A stretch of DNA of 64,000 nt from an uncultured virus (IMG/VR IMGVR_UViG_3300037488_003672) (taxonomy: Duplodnaviria > Heunggongvirae > Uroviricota > Caudoviricetes): IMG/VR virus record IMGVR_UViG_3300037488_003672. One strand, written 5' to 3'. The notes below the pieces were generated by a model. The model was not told the origin of the DNA. It made no database searches and saw only the letters and a list, made by a program, of their open reading frames with translations. Within the stretch, counting starts at the first letter, position 1, and the number at the start of each line of letters is the position of its first letter. Position numbers and translations under genes: made by a program. Positions 41,281 through 51,537 of this stretch are shown piece after piece.

Positions 41281-42015
41281 GTGATACAAATGAGTGATGC
41301 AAAATTTAATATAATTTCGGGATTGCTATTATCTGCGTTAGTGGGATTGCCGATTCTATTTAGTTTCATTAACACTGTCCCTAATCCAGACCGATTCGAA
41401 GAAGGCTTTAATGAAGGATATGCGAACGGATATATTGACGGACAATGGAACGCAAAACGGGAGGGATATATTATTTTTCCTCCCGCATATAATAGTCTGA
41501 ATGAAGGTACACCTAATGTAATATATCAAAATAATGGAACAAATGCAGATCTGAATTATGCCGACAATAAAACAATAAATATGACTATTACCAATCAAGT
41601 CCCACTTGTATTAGGATGGCAAGTATTTTATGTCGTTGACGATATGATCGATTTAATTAATTGCACACTAAATTTTACGATTTATGTAAATAGATCAATG
41701 GATATTGAATTATTATTTGTATCAGCTCCTTTAACATCTTTTGCCAATATTAGTTTGGTAGAAGGATGGAATGTTATTGATAATATTACTCTAATTGGAG
41801 AAAGCGGAATTTATGAAAATTCTACCCGAGCTGAACAATATCCTACACCTCTCGTTTGCTCTCGAAATGGATTATTTCAAATCCAATTTAAAATGCCATC
41901 GGTTTCGTCATCTGATCACTACAATATAGCTTTTGATCAAGTCGTTTGCAATTTTTATGCGACCAAATTAGCTTCTCATCTATTTACTCAATTTTTTGAA
42001 GGTCTCTTTTTTTAA
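41281..42015 (+). CDS. Membrane-anchored exported protein with GxxxG stalk
   Basis: N-terminal TM, EEGFNEGYANGYIDG, many NxS/T sequons. Confidence 0.75.
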   Translation: MIQMSDAKFNIISGLLLSALVGLPILFSFINTVPNPDRFEEGFNEGYANGYIDGQWNAKREGYIIFPPAYNSLNEGTPNVIYQNNGTNADLNYADNKTINMTITNQVPLVLGWQVFYVVDDMIDLINCTLNFTIYVNRSMDIELLFVSAPLTSFANISLVEGWNVIDNITLIGESGIYENSTRAEQYPTPLVCSRNGLFQIQFKMPSVSSSDHYNIAFDQVVCNFYATKLASHLFTQFFEGLFF

Positions 42016-42106
42016 TTTCTTTCTTTCACGTGAAAATATGTTTTTTCATAATTTTTGAACATGCAAACAAACATTTATATGGTTTTTGCACTTCAAAACA
42101 ACTAAT

Positions 42107-42463
42107 ATGAAAATAATTACTGTTAATCTTCCGATAACCTTTCTTAAAATTATCGAAGGTTATGTCGGAGAAGGTAATCTGTATCCTTCTCGAAGTGAGC
42201 TATTCCGAGTTGCAATTCGTGAATTTCTCATTAAAGAATTAAATGACGTGGAGAATCAACAATTATTAGAAGCAAAAAATCTCCAAAAAAAAGCAATAAT
42301 TCCCGATCTTGATTTAGATGCAATTATAATCAACAATACTCGCTCTGAAGTCATGAAAAAAGTCATAAAAAAAGATTTAGAAAAAACCAATAAAAACATT
42401 TCATCAATCAATAAGATCACAATCAATACTCAAACTTCAAAATCTGGAGGAGAATGGGATTGA
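42107..42463 (+). CDS. CopG/ribbon-helix-helix transcriptional regulator
   Basis: MKIITVNLP...LYPSRSELFRVAIREFL. Confidence 0.85.
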   Translation: MKIITVNLPITFLKIIEGYVGEGNLYPSRSELFRVAIREFLIKELNDVENQQLLEAKNLQKKAIIPDLDLDAIIINNTRSEVMKKVIKKDLEKTNKNISSINKITINTQTSKSGGEWD

Positions 42464-43233
42464 AAGAACTTGAATCAGAGATGGTCTTTGATGGTCGTTT
42501 TGTCAAAATGACTCCCATTGGAATAACATATCTCCAAGAAACTCGTTCTTTTGACGAATGGATAACCTACTGCGAAGAAAACATTGCCAAAAACATTCAA
42601 AAAAATACTTTCATTCGATTTGAGTATCTAATTCGCCGATACTATCCCAAATACTTCGATAATCAAAGCACTCTGCATTATTTAATTAAAAATCAAACTC
42701 CCAATGATCAAATGCAATTACGCAGTAAGATTATTGAAATCTATGGATTAATGAAACGCATTGAAACAAGTTATGAATCCGAATCAAAATTAAAACATAC
42801 TTTTCAAACCAACGAGCAAAAAATCAAAGATCTTCAATTACAGATGGATATTCTGAATGCCGAGCAAAAACTAATTCAACTGAGAATGAATGATCTTAAA
42901 GAAGAATCAATCCAATACCAAGAATTACGATCCAAAATTGATAAAGATTCTTTGAATATTGCGGATTTTCAACTACTTTTATTCAATATCGTGGACTATC
43001 ACTCCGATAATTTGTCGCATTATGTTCGTGTAATTGGTAAATCTAAAAATCTGCTTGTCATTGAAGGGACTTTTGATAAAGATCAAAAAGAACTTATGAT
43101 GGATCATAAATGGAACTTAAAATATATTCTAAACTTAAATAACGATGAAATCCCGATCATAAACGAAGTTCAAGAGCTTAAATTTAATATATATGAAATT
43201 TCATACTCGATTAAAAAGAAGATTAAAAAATAG
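42454..43233 (+). CDS. Coiled-coil hypothetical protein
   Basis: ggagg RBS; central heptad repeats. Confidence 0.7.
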   Translation: MGLKELESEMVFDGRFVKMTPIGITYLQETRSFDEWITYCEENIAKNIQKNTFIRFEYLIRRYYPKYFDNQSTLHYLIKNQTPNDQMQLRSKIIEIYGLMKRIETSYESESKLKHTFQTNEQKIKDLQLQMDILNAEQKLIQLRMNDLKEESIQYQELRSKIDKDSLNIADFQLLLFNIVDYHSDNLSHYVRVIGKSKNLLVIEGTFDKDQKELMMDHKWNLKYILNLNNDEIPIINEVQELKFNIYEISYSIKKKIKK

Positions 43234-43741
43234 GGAGCTTTGGGAACATATCATAATAATGTTCGGGGATTTTTTCTTTTTCTTTGAAATACCAAAACTG
43301 AATGACAATTACTTCTTTTGATAACGTCTTATCAACAATTCGAGCTAATAGATGAGATTCTTGAATCAATTGATTCAATTTGTTATATACATTTCGATTA
43401 ACTTGATAATCAAAACGGAAATTAAATAAAACTTCCTTCTCGTTTCGCAAATGTTCTAAAATGAGATTATAATAAAAATCGGATTGTTCAGCTTGCGAAG
43501 TTTTAATTTCGGAATCGATCTTGCATTTGGAAAGATCGCAAGGATCAGTACTTTTACAATCGCATTTCACCCCAATTTCGTCAAAAAAACAATTGTAATC
43601 AAGAACTGCTTGTTTTGGAGTTATAGAAGATTCACATATACCAAATTTTCTTCCGCAACACTTACAAATTCCAAAAAGAGTGTATTTAGAGGGGATTTGA
43701 AATTTTCCTTCGATTTTATTCACAAATTCTAAATTCATCAT
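43223..43741 (-). CDS. Cys-rich hypothetical protein
   Basis: CKCC, CDC clusters. Confidence 0.6.
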   Translation of the reverse strand: MMNLEFVNKIEGKFQIPSKYTLFGICKCCGRKFGICESSITPKQAVLDYNCFFDEIGVKCDCKSTDPCDLSKCKIDSEIKTSQAEQSDFYYNLILEHLRNEKEVLFNFRFDYQVNRNVYNKLNQLIQESHLLARIVDKTLSKEVIVIQFWYFKEKEKIPEHYYDMFPKLPIF

Positions 43742-43828
43742 ATATGATCTTTAGAAAACCATAAATAAATACCTTTTGGAAATAAAAGAAATAACATACA
43801 TAAAATCCACGTGAAAAAATAAGGAAAA

Positions 43829-44350
43829 TTAAAAATAATCTTGCTGATAAACTAAATCAAATCGCTTTTTCGCAACTTCATAATCCGATTCATTATATAC
43901 CCAACTTTCGACAATTTTTCCAAAATTCTTAGTCGCAACCATATAGGTCTTTGAGTTTGAATCAAATGACAAGACCAATAAAACATTATGATTTAAAAAG
44001 CGATATTCGATTAATTCTTTCGAAGGGGCATCCGTTTTGGTTGCGACGGGAGATTTATTTTGTAATTCGCTTACAAAACTATAAGATAAAAACATAAAAA
44101 GATAGTTATATATTTGACTTTGATTAGATCCCGTTTCATATTTCAGTATATTTTGAGCCAAATCATATATTTCTTCTTCAGTAATGATAACATAGGTAGA
44201 ATCAACGCTCATTTGATCATTTATCTTTCTTGCTAATGGGGTTGTAGCTAATTGTGAATATGACCAAATGGCATTAGAATATGCACAATAATCGTCAGAT
44301 GGATAAACTGATACAAAAGACGATATATCTAAAATATTTACTTGTTTCAT
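43829..44350 (-). CDS. Hypothetical protein
   Basis: 173 aa, divergent from 44425; its first ~14 codons recur at 46107..46147. Confidence 0.7.
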   Translation of the reverse strand: MKQVNILDISSFVSVYPSDDYCAYSNAIWSYSQLATTPLARKINDQMSVDSTYVIITEEEIYDLAQNILKYETGSNQSQIYNYLFMFLSYSFVSELQNKSPVATKTDAPSKELIEYRFLNHNVLLVLSFDSNSKTYMVATKNFGKIVESWVYNESDYEVAKKRFDLVYQQDYF

Positions 44351-44517
44351 ATTTTACTCTTCCGCGTGAAAGTTTATATTCATTAGGATCACATTTTTTA
44401 TTAAACATTCTAATGTGAAGAAAAATGGTAAAATTTGAATTTAATCAAGATGGAAGCGTCAAAAATATCTCTCAGACAAATATCTCCGCAAATAAATCGC
44501 CAGAAGATTCTAAATTA
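44310..44517 (+). repeat. Promoter plus leader-peptide cassette, copy 1 (copy 2 at 46107..46325; partial copy 3 at 47648..47741)
   Basis: Near-identical DNA spanning the motif, TATA-like box and MVKFEFNQDGSVK codons. Confidence 0.9.
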
Positions 44518-46005
44518 TTTATGAATAAAATATATGATTATATTGTTATTGGTATGGGATTAAGTGGATTATCTTGTGCCTTAAAATTAACACAAAAATA
44601 TCCTCAAAAATCAATATTATGCTTAGAGCAAAATGATCAAGTCGGGGGTTATGCTGTCAATTTTAAAAGAAAGGATTTTAGATTTGAAGTATCTCTTCAT
44701 TATTGCGGAAAACCAATGAAAAATTCAATTAACGAATTAAATTTGACTGATATTTCTTTAATTGAATGTCCAATTTGGAAAGAATCCATTATTAAAGACA
44801 AACATTATTTTTACTCATGGAATCATCTGGAATATCAAAAAACACTTTCAGAACAATTCCCCCTCGAAAAAGAAAACTTAGAGCGATTCTTTGGTGAAAA
44901 CATGGCAATTGCCCCCTTCTTAGCTGAATTTGCAACAAAGGGTGGTATTAAAAAATTTTATTATAGCTTAAAAAATATATCCAAACTGATGAAAGTCAAA
45001 GATTTAGTTAAACTAAATGCAAAAGAGTTATTGGATCAATATTTTCAAGATCAAAAATTAAAAACAGAGTTATTCTCTCTCGCATCTTATTTTGGTTCTA
45101 CTCCAGAAGTATTAAGTGCAATTATATATATCGCATCTGTTCTCAATATGTTTTGTCAAGGTTCATATTATATTAAAGGGGGTTCTGAAGCATTAACACG
45201 ATCTATGGCAAATCATATTAAACAAAATAATGGAACTATCGAGCTAAATGCCAAAGTGAATGAAATTATTGTAATCAATAATCAAATTAATACCATAAAA
45301 TATGTTCAAAACAAAATTTCGCATGAAATTAAGGGAAAAAAAATTATTTTTGCGGGGGATATTCATAATTTAATGGAAAATATAATTCATCAAACCATAC
45401 TTGATTCTAAAGTAAATATTCTTCAATTAACCAATATAAACAAAAAATCAATTGTTGAAGCCATATTTGAAGTTTGGATCGGATTAGATATTGCATTAAA
45501 AGATTTCAACTTACCTAATTATGCTACTGAAATCGAAACACAATCGGGTAAATTCTATTTCACGAACTATTCTAATATTGATGCTACTTGTTCCCCTCAA
45601 GGAACATCTGCGATCACATTATTAAAAATTACAACGATAGATAAATTTGAAGAAGCTGTGAAATTGGATGGAAATAAGCGAGGAAAAAACTACTATCACC
45701 TAAAGGAAGAAGAAACAAAAAAAATGGTTGATGAATTTATTAATGTCTTGAAAACATATATCCCCGACATTAAAAATCATATCAAAGTTATTGAAAGTGC
45801 ATCTCCAATCACTATGAAACGCTATACCTCTAATTATCGAGGTTCATTTGGGGGATTTCAACCATCACATGAAAACATGATTAAAAACCCCATCCCGAAT
45901 GAAACCCCAATCCCTAATCTATTTCTTTTATCACAATGGGTTGGATTTGGAGCTGGTTATGAGATGACTATTCGTAATGGATTAGAATTAGCAAAAAAAA
46001 TATAA
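44425..46005 (+). CDS. FAD-dependent oxidoreductase, phytoene desaturase (CrtI)-like, with 32-aa N-terminal extension
   Basis: YDYIVIGMGLSGL, LEQNDQVGGY..F.RKDFRFEVSLH, SPITMKRYT...G, TPIPNLFL. Confidence 0.85.
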   Translation: MVKFEFNQDGSVKNISQTNISANKSPEDSKLFMNKIYDYIVIGMGLSGLSCALKLTQKYPQKSILCLEQNDQVGGYAVNFKRKDFRFEVSLHYCGKPMKNSINELNLTDISLIECPIWKESIIKDKHYFYSWNHLEYQKTLSEQFPLEKENLERFFGENMAIAPFLAEFATKGGIKKFYYSLKNISKLMKVKDLVKLNAKELLDQYFQDQKLKTELFSLASYFGSTPEVLSAIIYIASVLNMFCQGSYYIKGGSEALTRSMANHIKQNNGTIELNAKVNEIIVINNQINTIKYVQNKISHEIKGKKIIFAGDIHNLMENIIHQTILDSKVNILQLTNINKKSIVEAIFEVWIGLDIALKDFNLPNYATEIETQSGKFYFTNYSNIDATCSPQGTSAITLLKITTIDKFEEAVKLDGNKRGKNYYHLKEEETKKMVDEFINVLKTYIPDIKNHIKVIESASPITMKRYTSNYRGSFGGFQPSHENMIKNPIPNETPIPNLFLLSQWVGFGAGYEMTIRNGLELAKKI

Positions 46006-46223
46006 GATTTAATTTTTCCAATTTGTGAATAAGTTCCAAAGACAATTAATTGCCGATTCTAAACAACATTTTTTTATCCAATTGTCCGATTCTGTAATTA
46101 CTAAAAGATACAAAAGACGATATATCTAAAATATTTACTTGTTTCATATTTTACTCTTCCACGTGAAAGTTTATATTCATTAGGATCACATTTTTTATTA
46201 AGAAATCCTATTTGTGAAGAAAA

Positions 46224-47621
46224 ATGGTAAAATTTGAATTTAATCAAGATGGAAGCGTCAAAAACATCTCTGAGACACAAGATTCTTCCCCTTCGGTAAA
46301 TAAATCGCCAGAAGATTCTAAATTAGATCGATCCTTTGTCGATTCATTCATTCGTAATAATATTAAAGATATTTATTATGATTTAGATTTAAGAATCCTT
46401 TATTATGCGAAAGGAAAAAGACATTATCAACCTATTGTTTCTCTATTAACTCCAATTGAAAATGTTCTAATCATAAGCAATCGTGCATTTGATACATTGA
46501 TTAAACCATTCTTAGAGATTTATCCTTCTTATCTTAACGATAGTAATAGTTTCGACCATTTTTTTGGAAAATTGGATATTCATATTAACCCTCTATTCAA
46601 ATATGCAAATTTTAACGATATTTTTGAAAAAGAAAAAGAAGAAAAAGAAATTGAATACGGAGAAGAAGAAATTGAATATGGTGAGTTCTATAACTCGAAG
46701 ATCCATCTTGTTTTAGGTGAAGAAAAGAAACCCACTAAGAAGACTTCCAAGAAAAGCACACCTAAGAAGACCACAGCAAAGAAGACCACAGCAAAGAAAC
46801 CCACTAAGAAGACTTCCAAGAAAAGCACACCTAAGAAGACCACAGCAAAGAAACCCACTAAGAAGACTTCCAAGAAAAGTACTGCACTAAACACAGTAGA
46901 AACCATATACTTAGGAAATTGTGAATTAATTGATACTATTTTTTCTAAAGAAGTGAGTTCAAAAGAAGAAATTGCTAATACTAAAAAAGACCTCCCCGAA
47001 TATATCAAAGAATTTCAAAGATGGGGGATATTCTGGAAAATAAAAGAAGACGATCATCAATTTGAAATTCAAGAAACACTTCTTCAATTAGCAACGGAAA
47101 AAACTTTATCTCAAAATTATATCCTTGTCTATGATCTTTCAACGAAAGGACAAGAATCAGAAGACTTTATGGGAATTATTGTGAATCGGAAATCAGAAGA
47201 GATAAAAATAGAAATGAAGATAATTGAAAAGATACAAACTCGATTAGAAATTGATAAAATAATTAGGCAAAAAATTAAACACATATATTATAATAATGAA
47301 CTAAAAATGGTCTTCCTCCTCCTTAGAAAAGCTGAAGATAATGAATTTGTATTTAGACCTTTACTTTCAATAGTAGTACCGATTGAAAATGACGATATTA
47401 TTGTAAATAAAAAGATTAAAGAGACCAAATTCTCTCCATTTTTACCAAACTATCCCCAATATCTCGAAGATCCCAATGGTCTTGATCATTATTTTAGATA
47501 TTGGAAAATTAATGCAGAGCCTTATCCGAATCCAATAAAGGAGATTACTTATGATGTTTATTCTAAACAGATTCTCCCTCAAATTAAGCACACTTATGAA
47601 CAATTCGAAGATTTTTTTTAA
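46224..47621 (+). CDS. Hypothetical protein: MVKFEFNQDG leader, duplicated domain, H1-like Lys/Thr-rich linker
   Basis: Two copies of an IR..IK.IYY...PIEN...PFL..YP.YL.D.N..DH.F domain. Confidence 0.8.
   Translation: MVKFEFNQDGSVKNISETQDSSPSVNKSPEDSKLDRSFVDSFIRNNIKDIYYDLDLRILYYAKGKRHYQPIVSLLTPIENVLIISNRAFDTLIKPFLEIYPSYLNDSNSFDHFFGKLDIHINPLFKYANFNDIFEKEKEEKEIEYGEEEIEYGEFYNSKIHLVLGEEKKPTKKTSKKSTPKKTTAKKTTAKKPTKKTSKKSTPKKTTAKKPTKKTSKKSTALNTVETIYLGNCELIDTIFSKEVSSKEEIANTKKDLPEYIKEFQRWGIFWKIKEDDHQFEIQETLLQLATEKTLSQNYILVYDLSTKGQESEDFMGIIVNRKSEEIKIEMKIIEKIQTRLEIDKIIRQKIKHIYYNNELKMVFLLLRKAEDNEFVFRPLLSIVVPIENDDIIVNKKIKETKFSPFLPNYPQYLEDPNGLDHYFRYWKINAEPYPNPIKEITYDVYSKQILPQIKHTYEQFEDFF
46725..46883 (+). 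repeat. Coding repeats KKPTKKTSKKSTP / KKTTA
   Basis: aagaaacccactaagaagacttccaagaaaag x3. Confidence 0.9.
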
Positions 47622-47712
47622 TTTTTTATCTAAATTTCAGATGAAAACCACGTGAAAGTTTAAATTCATTAGGATCACATTTTTTATTAAGAAATCCTAT
47701 TTGTGAAGAAAA

Positions 47713-48963
47713 ATGGTAAAATTTGAATTTAATCAAGATGGGAGTGTTAAGAAAGTATCCCATGATCAAGATTCTGTTTCTAATGCAGTCAAATTAGATA
47801 ACTTATTATCTGAATCTGACGATTCGTTTAAACGCCTTCGTCTCGAAAAGCCACATGAAATTAATGACTATATCCTAACCAATATTATTTATGTAAAGAA
47901 AAGTAAAACAAATTGGATGGGTTATGGTCTTCAGATTACGAGTACTCGCTTAAAGAATAATCACTTAACGGTTAATTGGAATAAAAAATATCCTTCAATT
48001 ATAACTAACTTAGTGTCATCATTAGGATTAACCGAAAATTGTTATGTCGATCTTAAACTTCAAAAAATAGTAGCACTTCCCAAAATTCATGCTGAAGAAG
48101 CTATTTTAAACGATCCTAATATACAAACTTCTCCTAAACCGAGTTCGAAAGCAGTTAAAACAATTCCAAAAAAGAGTTCTAAGAAAACCACTACAAAGAA
48201 ACAAGAACCCACTAAAGTTATCCCAAAAAAGAGTTCTAAGAAAACCACTACAAAGAAACAAGAACCCACTAAAGTTATCCCAAAAAAGAGTTCTAAGAAA
48301 AGGACTGCAAAGAAGGCAAAAAATGAACCAGATCCAAAATATTTATTTCAATATGATCCCCTCTTTAAGGAAGATAAGAAAAAAGATGAACCATATTTTG
48401 AAGAATATGAACTACCATCTGAGATGATCATTCCAATCTCCAGTTTTAACTTATTGGAGAATGTAGCATTTAAGAACGCCATTACTGCTACAACCATGAG
48501 CGATTCAAACGTTCCAATATTCAAAAATAGTTTATATAAATCACAAAATGAGATTAACACAAATTTTGATGAAACCATCCTTACTGAACTATTCAATCAA
48601 ATGAATAGAAATGACAATAAATTTAAGATAGAAGATTATTCAAATAATCTTAGCATGATCGATAATTTAATCTATGAAAGTAAAGGAAATGGGAAATTAA
48701 AAGAACTTTTTAAAATAATTCATGCACATTATACAAGAATAACATTCAAAAGCCTTAGTGGTAATGATACTCTCCCGTTATTAGCACTCTTAAGCTATGA
48801 TCGTATGTTAGTCGGGATTCTTGCAATTCCAGAAGATGAATTTCCAACCAAAGACAAACTCTTCTCTCAATATTTTAAACTTAAAGATCCCATAACCGAA
48901 CCGTTCTTTTGGGTTAAAGATCCCCCGAAACCAAAAAAAAGTAAAAAAAAAACCAAGAAATAA
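47713..48963 (+). CDS. Hypothetical protein: MVKFEFNQDG leader, Lys-rich repeats; partial paralog of ORF 31092
   Basis: Shared domain and 19-aa repeat. Confidence 0.8.
   Translation: MVKFEFNQDGSVKKVSHDQDSVSNAVKLDNLLSESDDSFKRLRLEKPHEINDYILTNIIYVKKSKTNWMGYGLQITSTRLKNNHLTVNWNKKYPSIITNLVSSLGLTENCYVDLKLQKIVALPKIHAEEAILNDPNIQTSPKPSSKAVKTIPKKSSKKTTTKKQEPTKVIPKKSSKKTTTKKQEPTKVIPKKSSKKRTAKKAKNEPDPKYLFQYDPLFKEDKKKDEPYFEEYELPSEMIIPISSFNLLENVAFKNAITATTMSDSNVPIFKNSLYKSQNEINTNFDETILTELFNQMNRNDNKFKIEDYSNNLSMIDNLIYESKGNGKLKELFKIIHAHYTRITFKSLSGNDTLPLLALLSYDRMLVGILAIPEDEFPTKDKLFSQYFKLKDPITEPFFWVKDPPKPKKSKKKTKK
48169..48300 (+). repeat. 57-bp coding repeat x2.3 (KKSSKKTTTKKQEPTKVIP)
   Basis: Same family as 31890..32135. 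Confidence 0.9.
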
Positions 48964-49115
48964 CAACTAACAAAAAAGTAAATTACACTTTTTTACCTTC
49001 TTTTTTTACTCCCCCATACTCAAAAGAAACAAAGAATGCACTTTTAGAGTTAATCTTTCATCTTTCCGATGAAAATTATCTCAAATCTCTTCCTCAAGAA
49101 GATTTACTTGATCTA

Positions 49116-50135
49116 TTGAGAGATCTAAAAAAAATAACGAAGCTTACCAAAAAAGGCATAATATTTGACAATGCAGAAGAATGCATAAAACTCTTAATAC
49201 AAAAAATAACGGGAAAAGATGAAAAGATTATGACAATCGAAGACAATATCAAAAAGAAAATCGCAGATCTCGATAAACGTAAAAAGGATCTCCAAAGCGA
49301 ACTCATTCATTCGAAAATATTTAACGATCAATCCAAACAAAAGCAATTCTTTGAAACATTTTATGACAAACTAACCGAATTTATAATTCAAATCTCGCAA
49401 ACTAAAGCATCGATTCATAAATTAGAAGAAAAATCTCAAAATTATTATTTAAATCAAGAGATAAAGAATTATGATGAATATGATAAATTCATTAAAAGTA
49501 CAATAGAATTGAATCTCAATATGAACCCATTTTCATTTTCCTTTGAAGAAGATTTTATTGGGTTTAAATATCTCCTTCTTCAAAAAGAACCATCCAATAA
49601 CCCAAGTGATCCAGCTTACAATATGACAAAAAAACTCTGGACAATCTTAGGCGATAAGGATAAAGATCCCTATTATATAAATCGAAAGAATTGGTTATTA
49701 TGTGCAGAAAGAGAAGAGTATATGGCTTCTCATCCCTATGATAGTCTTCATAATGTTGACACATCTCTTCTTCCTCGATATTTTAACATCTGGCTGAACC
49801 AAAGTTATTATCTCAAACATAAAAAACTTCCATCTCCACATTACTATTGGCTTTTGGATAATACTCATGAAATCAATGAAATAACATACTATCTCAATAA
49901 GCCTATCAAATTAGTTCATCAAACTAATATCGAACATTCTGGCAATAGATTTCAACGAGAATTTTACATCACCTTAGAAAAAGGAATCGAAGCTAATAAC
50001 AAGATGATCAAATTGGTCTCAGATACCTTAACGACCTTATATTCTCCCCGTATTTGTACTTTCGAGATATGGATAAAAGATCCTTCCACACTTTCCTTCA
50101 AAGTAATTCCAACTCCCCTTCCCTATGATCAATAA
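49116..50135 (+). CDS. Hypothetical protein with N-terminal coiled coil; start uncertain
   Basis: Frame stays open upstream of TTG 49116 with no nearby ATG. Confidence 0.65.
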   Translation: MRDLKKITKLTKKGIIFDNAEECIKLLIQKITGKDEKIMTIEDNIKKKIADLDKRKKDLQSELIHSKIFNDQSKQKQFFETFYDKLTEFIIQISQTKASIHKLEEKSQNYYLNQEIKNYDEYDKFIKSTIELNLNMNPFSFSFEEDFIGFKYLLLQKEPSNNPSDPAYNMTKKLWTILGDKDKDPYYINRKNWLLCAEREEYMASHPYDSLHNVDTSLLPRYFNIWLNQSYYLKHKKLPSPHYYWLLDNTHEINEITYYLNKPIKLVHQTNIEHSGNRFQREFYITLEKGIEANNKMIKLVSDTLTTLYSPRICTFEIWIKDPSTLSFKVIPTPLPYDQ

Positions 50136-50225
50136 TGTTTTTCTTTTTTTTTCCGTTTTTCTTTTTTCACGTGATACATGAAAGTTTTTTAATGAAAAAA
50201 ATCAATATCAATTAGATGACTTTTT

Positions 50226-51461
50226 ATGCCGAAAATCTTTTATTTTAAGAATAAAGATGACGCTTCCGCAACAATTACTCCGTTAATAATTGGATTAATC
50301 ATTGCATTGCCTTGTCTTTTTATTGGCGGATGGTTTGGAAATCAATTTCTCAATCCATCTGCAACAATCATTCCCCAAAATGCAAACATGAACATAACCA
50401 TTAGTTATGCGAATGATTTTAGTATGACCAAATATTTAAAGGGATATGATCGTTTGACAAATGAAAATGGAGATTATTCTTCTCAAGTGGGAATTATCTC
50501 AGATACAATGTTTGAAAGTTTTCAAATTCAAAAAGATTTCAATCTCAGTGAAGTAGAATTATCCTTTCAAACCAGTGGATATTATGAAACAAACATTTCA
50601 ATTTGGAATGCAACCATATATTCCAGTACACTTATTCCCGATACAATGATTTACAATGAAAGCGATGACTATCAACAATATATGACCGATCTTAGTGTAG
50701 AATTAAAACTTTCCAATACTGAAGGAAATACCTTTTTCATCGCCATGAACTATTCCAATTCGGGAATGGATACATTTAATATTATAGGAACATTTGAATC
50801 TGACGGTTTAAGTTATACAAATCAAAGTAGTGGGTTCCATCCTAATTTTACTCCAACTGCGTTCCATTTCTTTTATACAATTTATGGGAATTATCTTGAT
50901 AATTCCAATTGGTTAGTAAAATGGCAAGATAACTCGCCATTGTTCTTATATTTGAAATTAGGATTTAATATGAGTGGTTCCAATGATAGTACGCTTTATA
51001 CTGAAAATGATCTAACTTATGGCATGGTTAATAATTCTTTTTCAACGGAAATCGAAACCTTACCAAATGCTTTAGATCAATCTCGAAATTATACCACAAA
51101 AATTGAAACTTCCGAGAATATTTCTATTGGTCACATGATGGAATTTATGTGTATTTCTCCTATTAAAAATGTGGGGTTAAGGGGAGCCTTAGCTGTTGAT
51201 TGGGGTTTTCTGTTCATGATGTTAGGCGTTAGTGAACCTTCTGTTTCGGGAATATTCTTTAGTTCTCCCTTAACAAATGGATCTGTTGTCTTAGAAACCA
51301 ATAAAAATCATACCATCAATATAACTGGAATGGAATTATATCGAAATTTGGGTTATGAATTTACAATCCCCTACATAGATATTCACACATATATGACAAT
51401 TGACAATATCGCTTATGATTTTGTCATTCAAACCATCGATACGGAATTAATGTTTAATTAA
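50226..51461 (+). CDS. Membrane-anchored exported glycoprotein-like protein
   Basis: MPKIFYFKNKDD leader, single TM, many NxS/T sequons. Confidence 0.8.
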   Translation: MPKIFYFKNKDDASATITPLIIGLIIALPCLFIGGWFGNQFLNPSATIIPQNANMNITISYANDFSMTKYLKGYDRLTNENGDYSSQVGIISDTMFESFQIQKDFNLSEVELSFQTSGYYETNISIWNATIYSSTLIPDTMIYNESDDYQQYMTDLSVELKLSNTEGNTFFIAMNYSNSGMDTFNIIGTFESDGLSYTNQSSGFHPNFTPTAFHFFYTIYGNYLDNSNWLVKWQDNSPLFLYLKLGFNMSGSNDSTLYTENDLTYGMVNNSFSTEIETLPNALDQSRNYTTKIETSENISIGHMMEFMCISPIKNVGLRGALAVDWGFLFMMLGVSEPSVSGIFFSSPLTNGSVVLETNKNHTINITGMELYRNLGYEFTIPYIDIHTYMTIDNIAYDFVIQTIDTELMFN

Positions 51462-51537
51462 TTTTTTTACTTTTTCACATGATAAATCCTTTATGAAACT
51501 TTTTTAATCAAATCAAACATATTTTACTTAGTTGAAA

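Noticed and set aside
44425..46005. Assigning gene symbol crtI / carotenoid pathway
   Set aside because: Family-level match only; no phytoene synthase or other crt genes nearby
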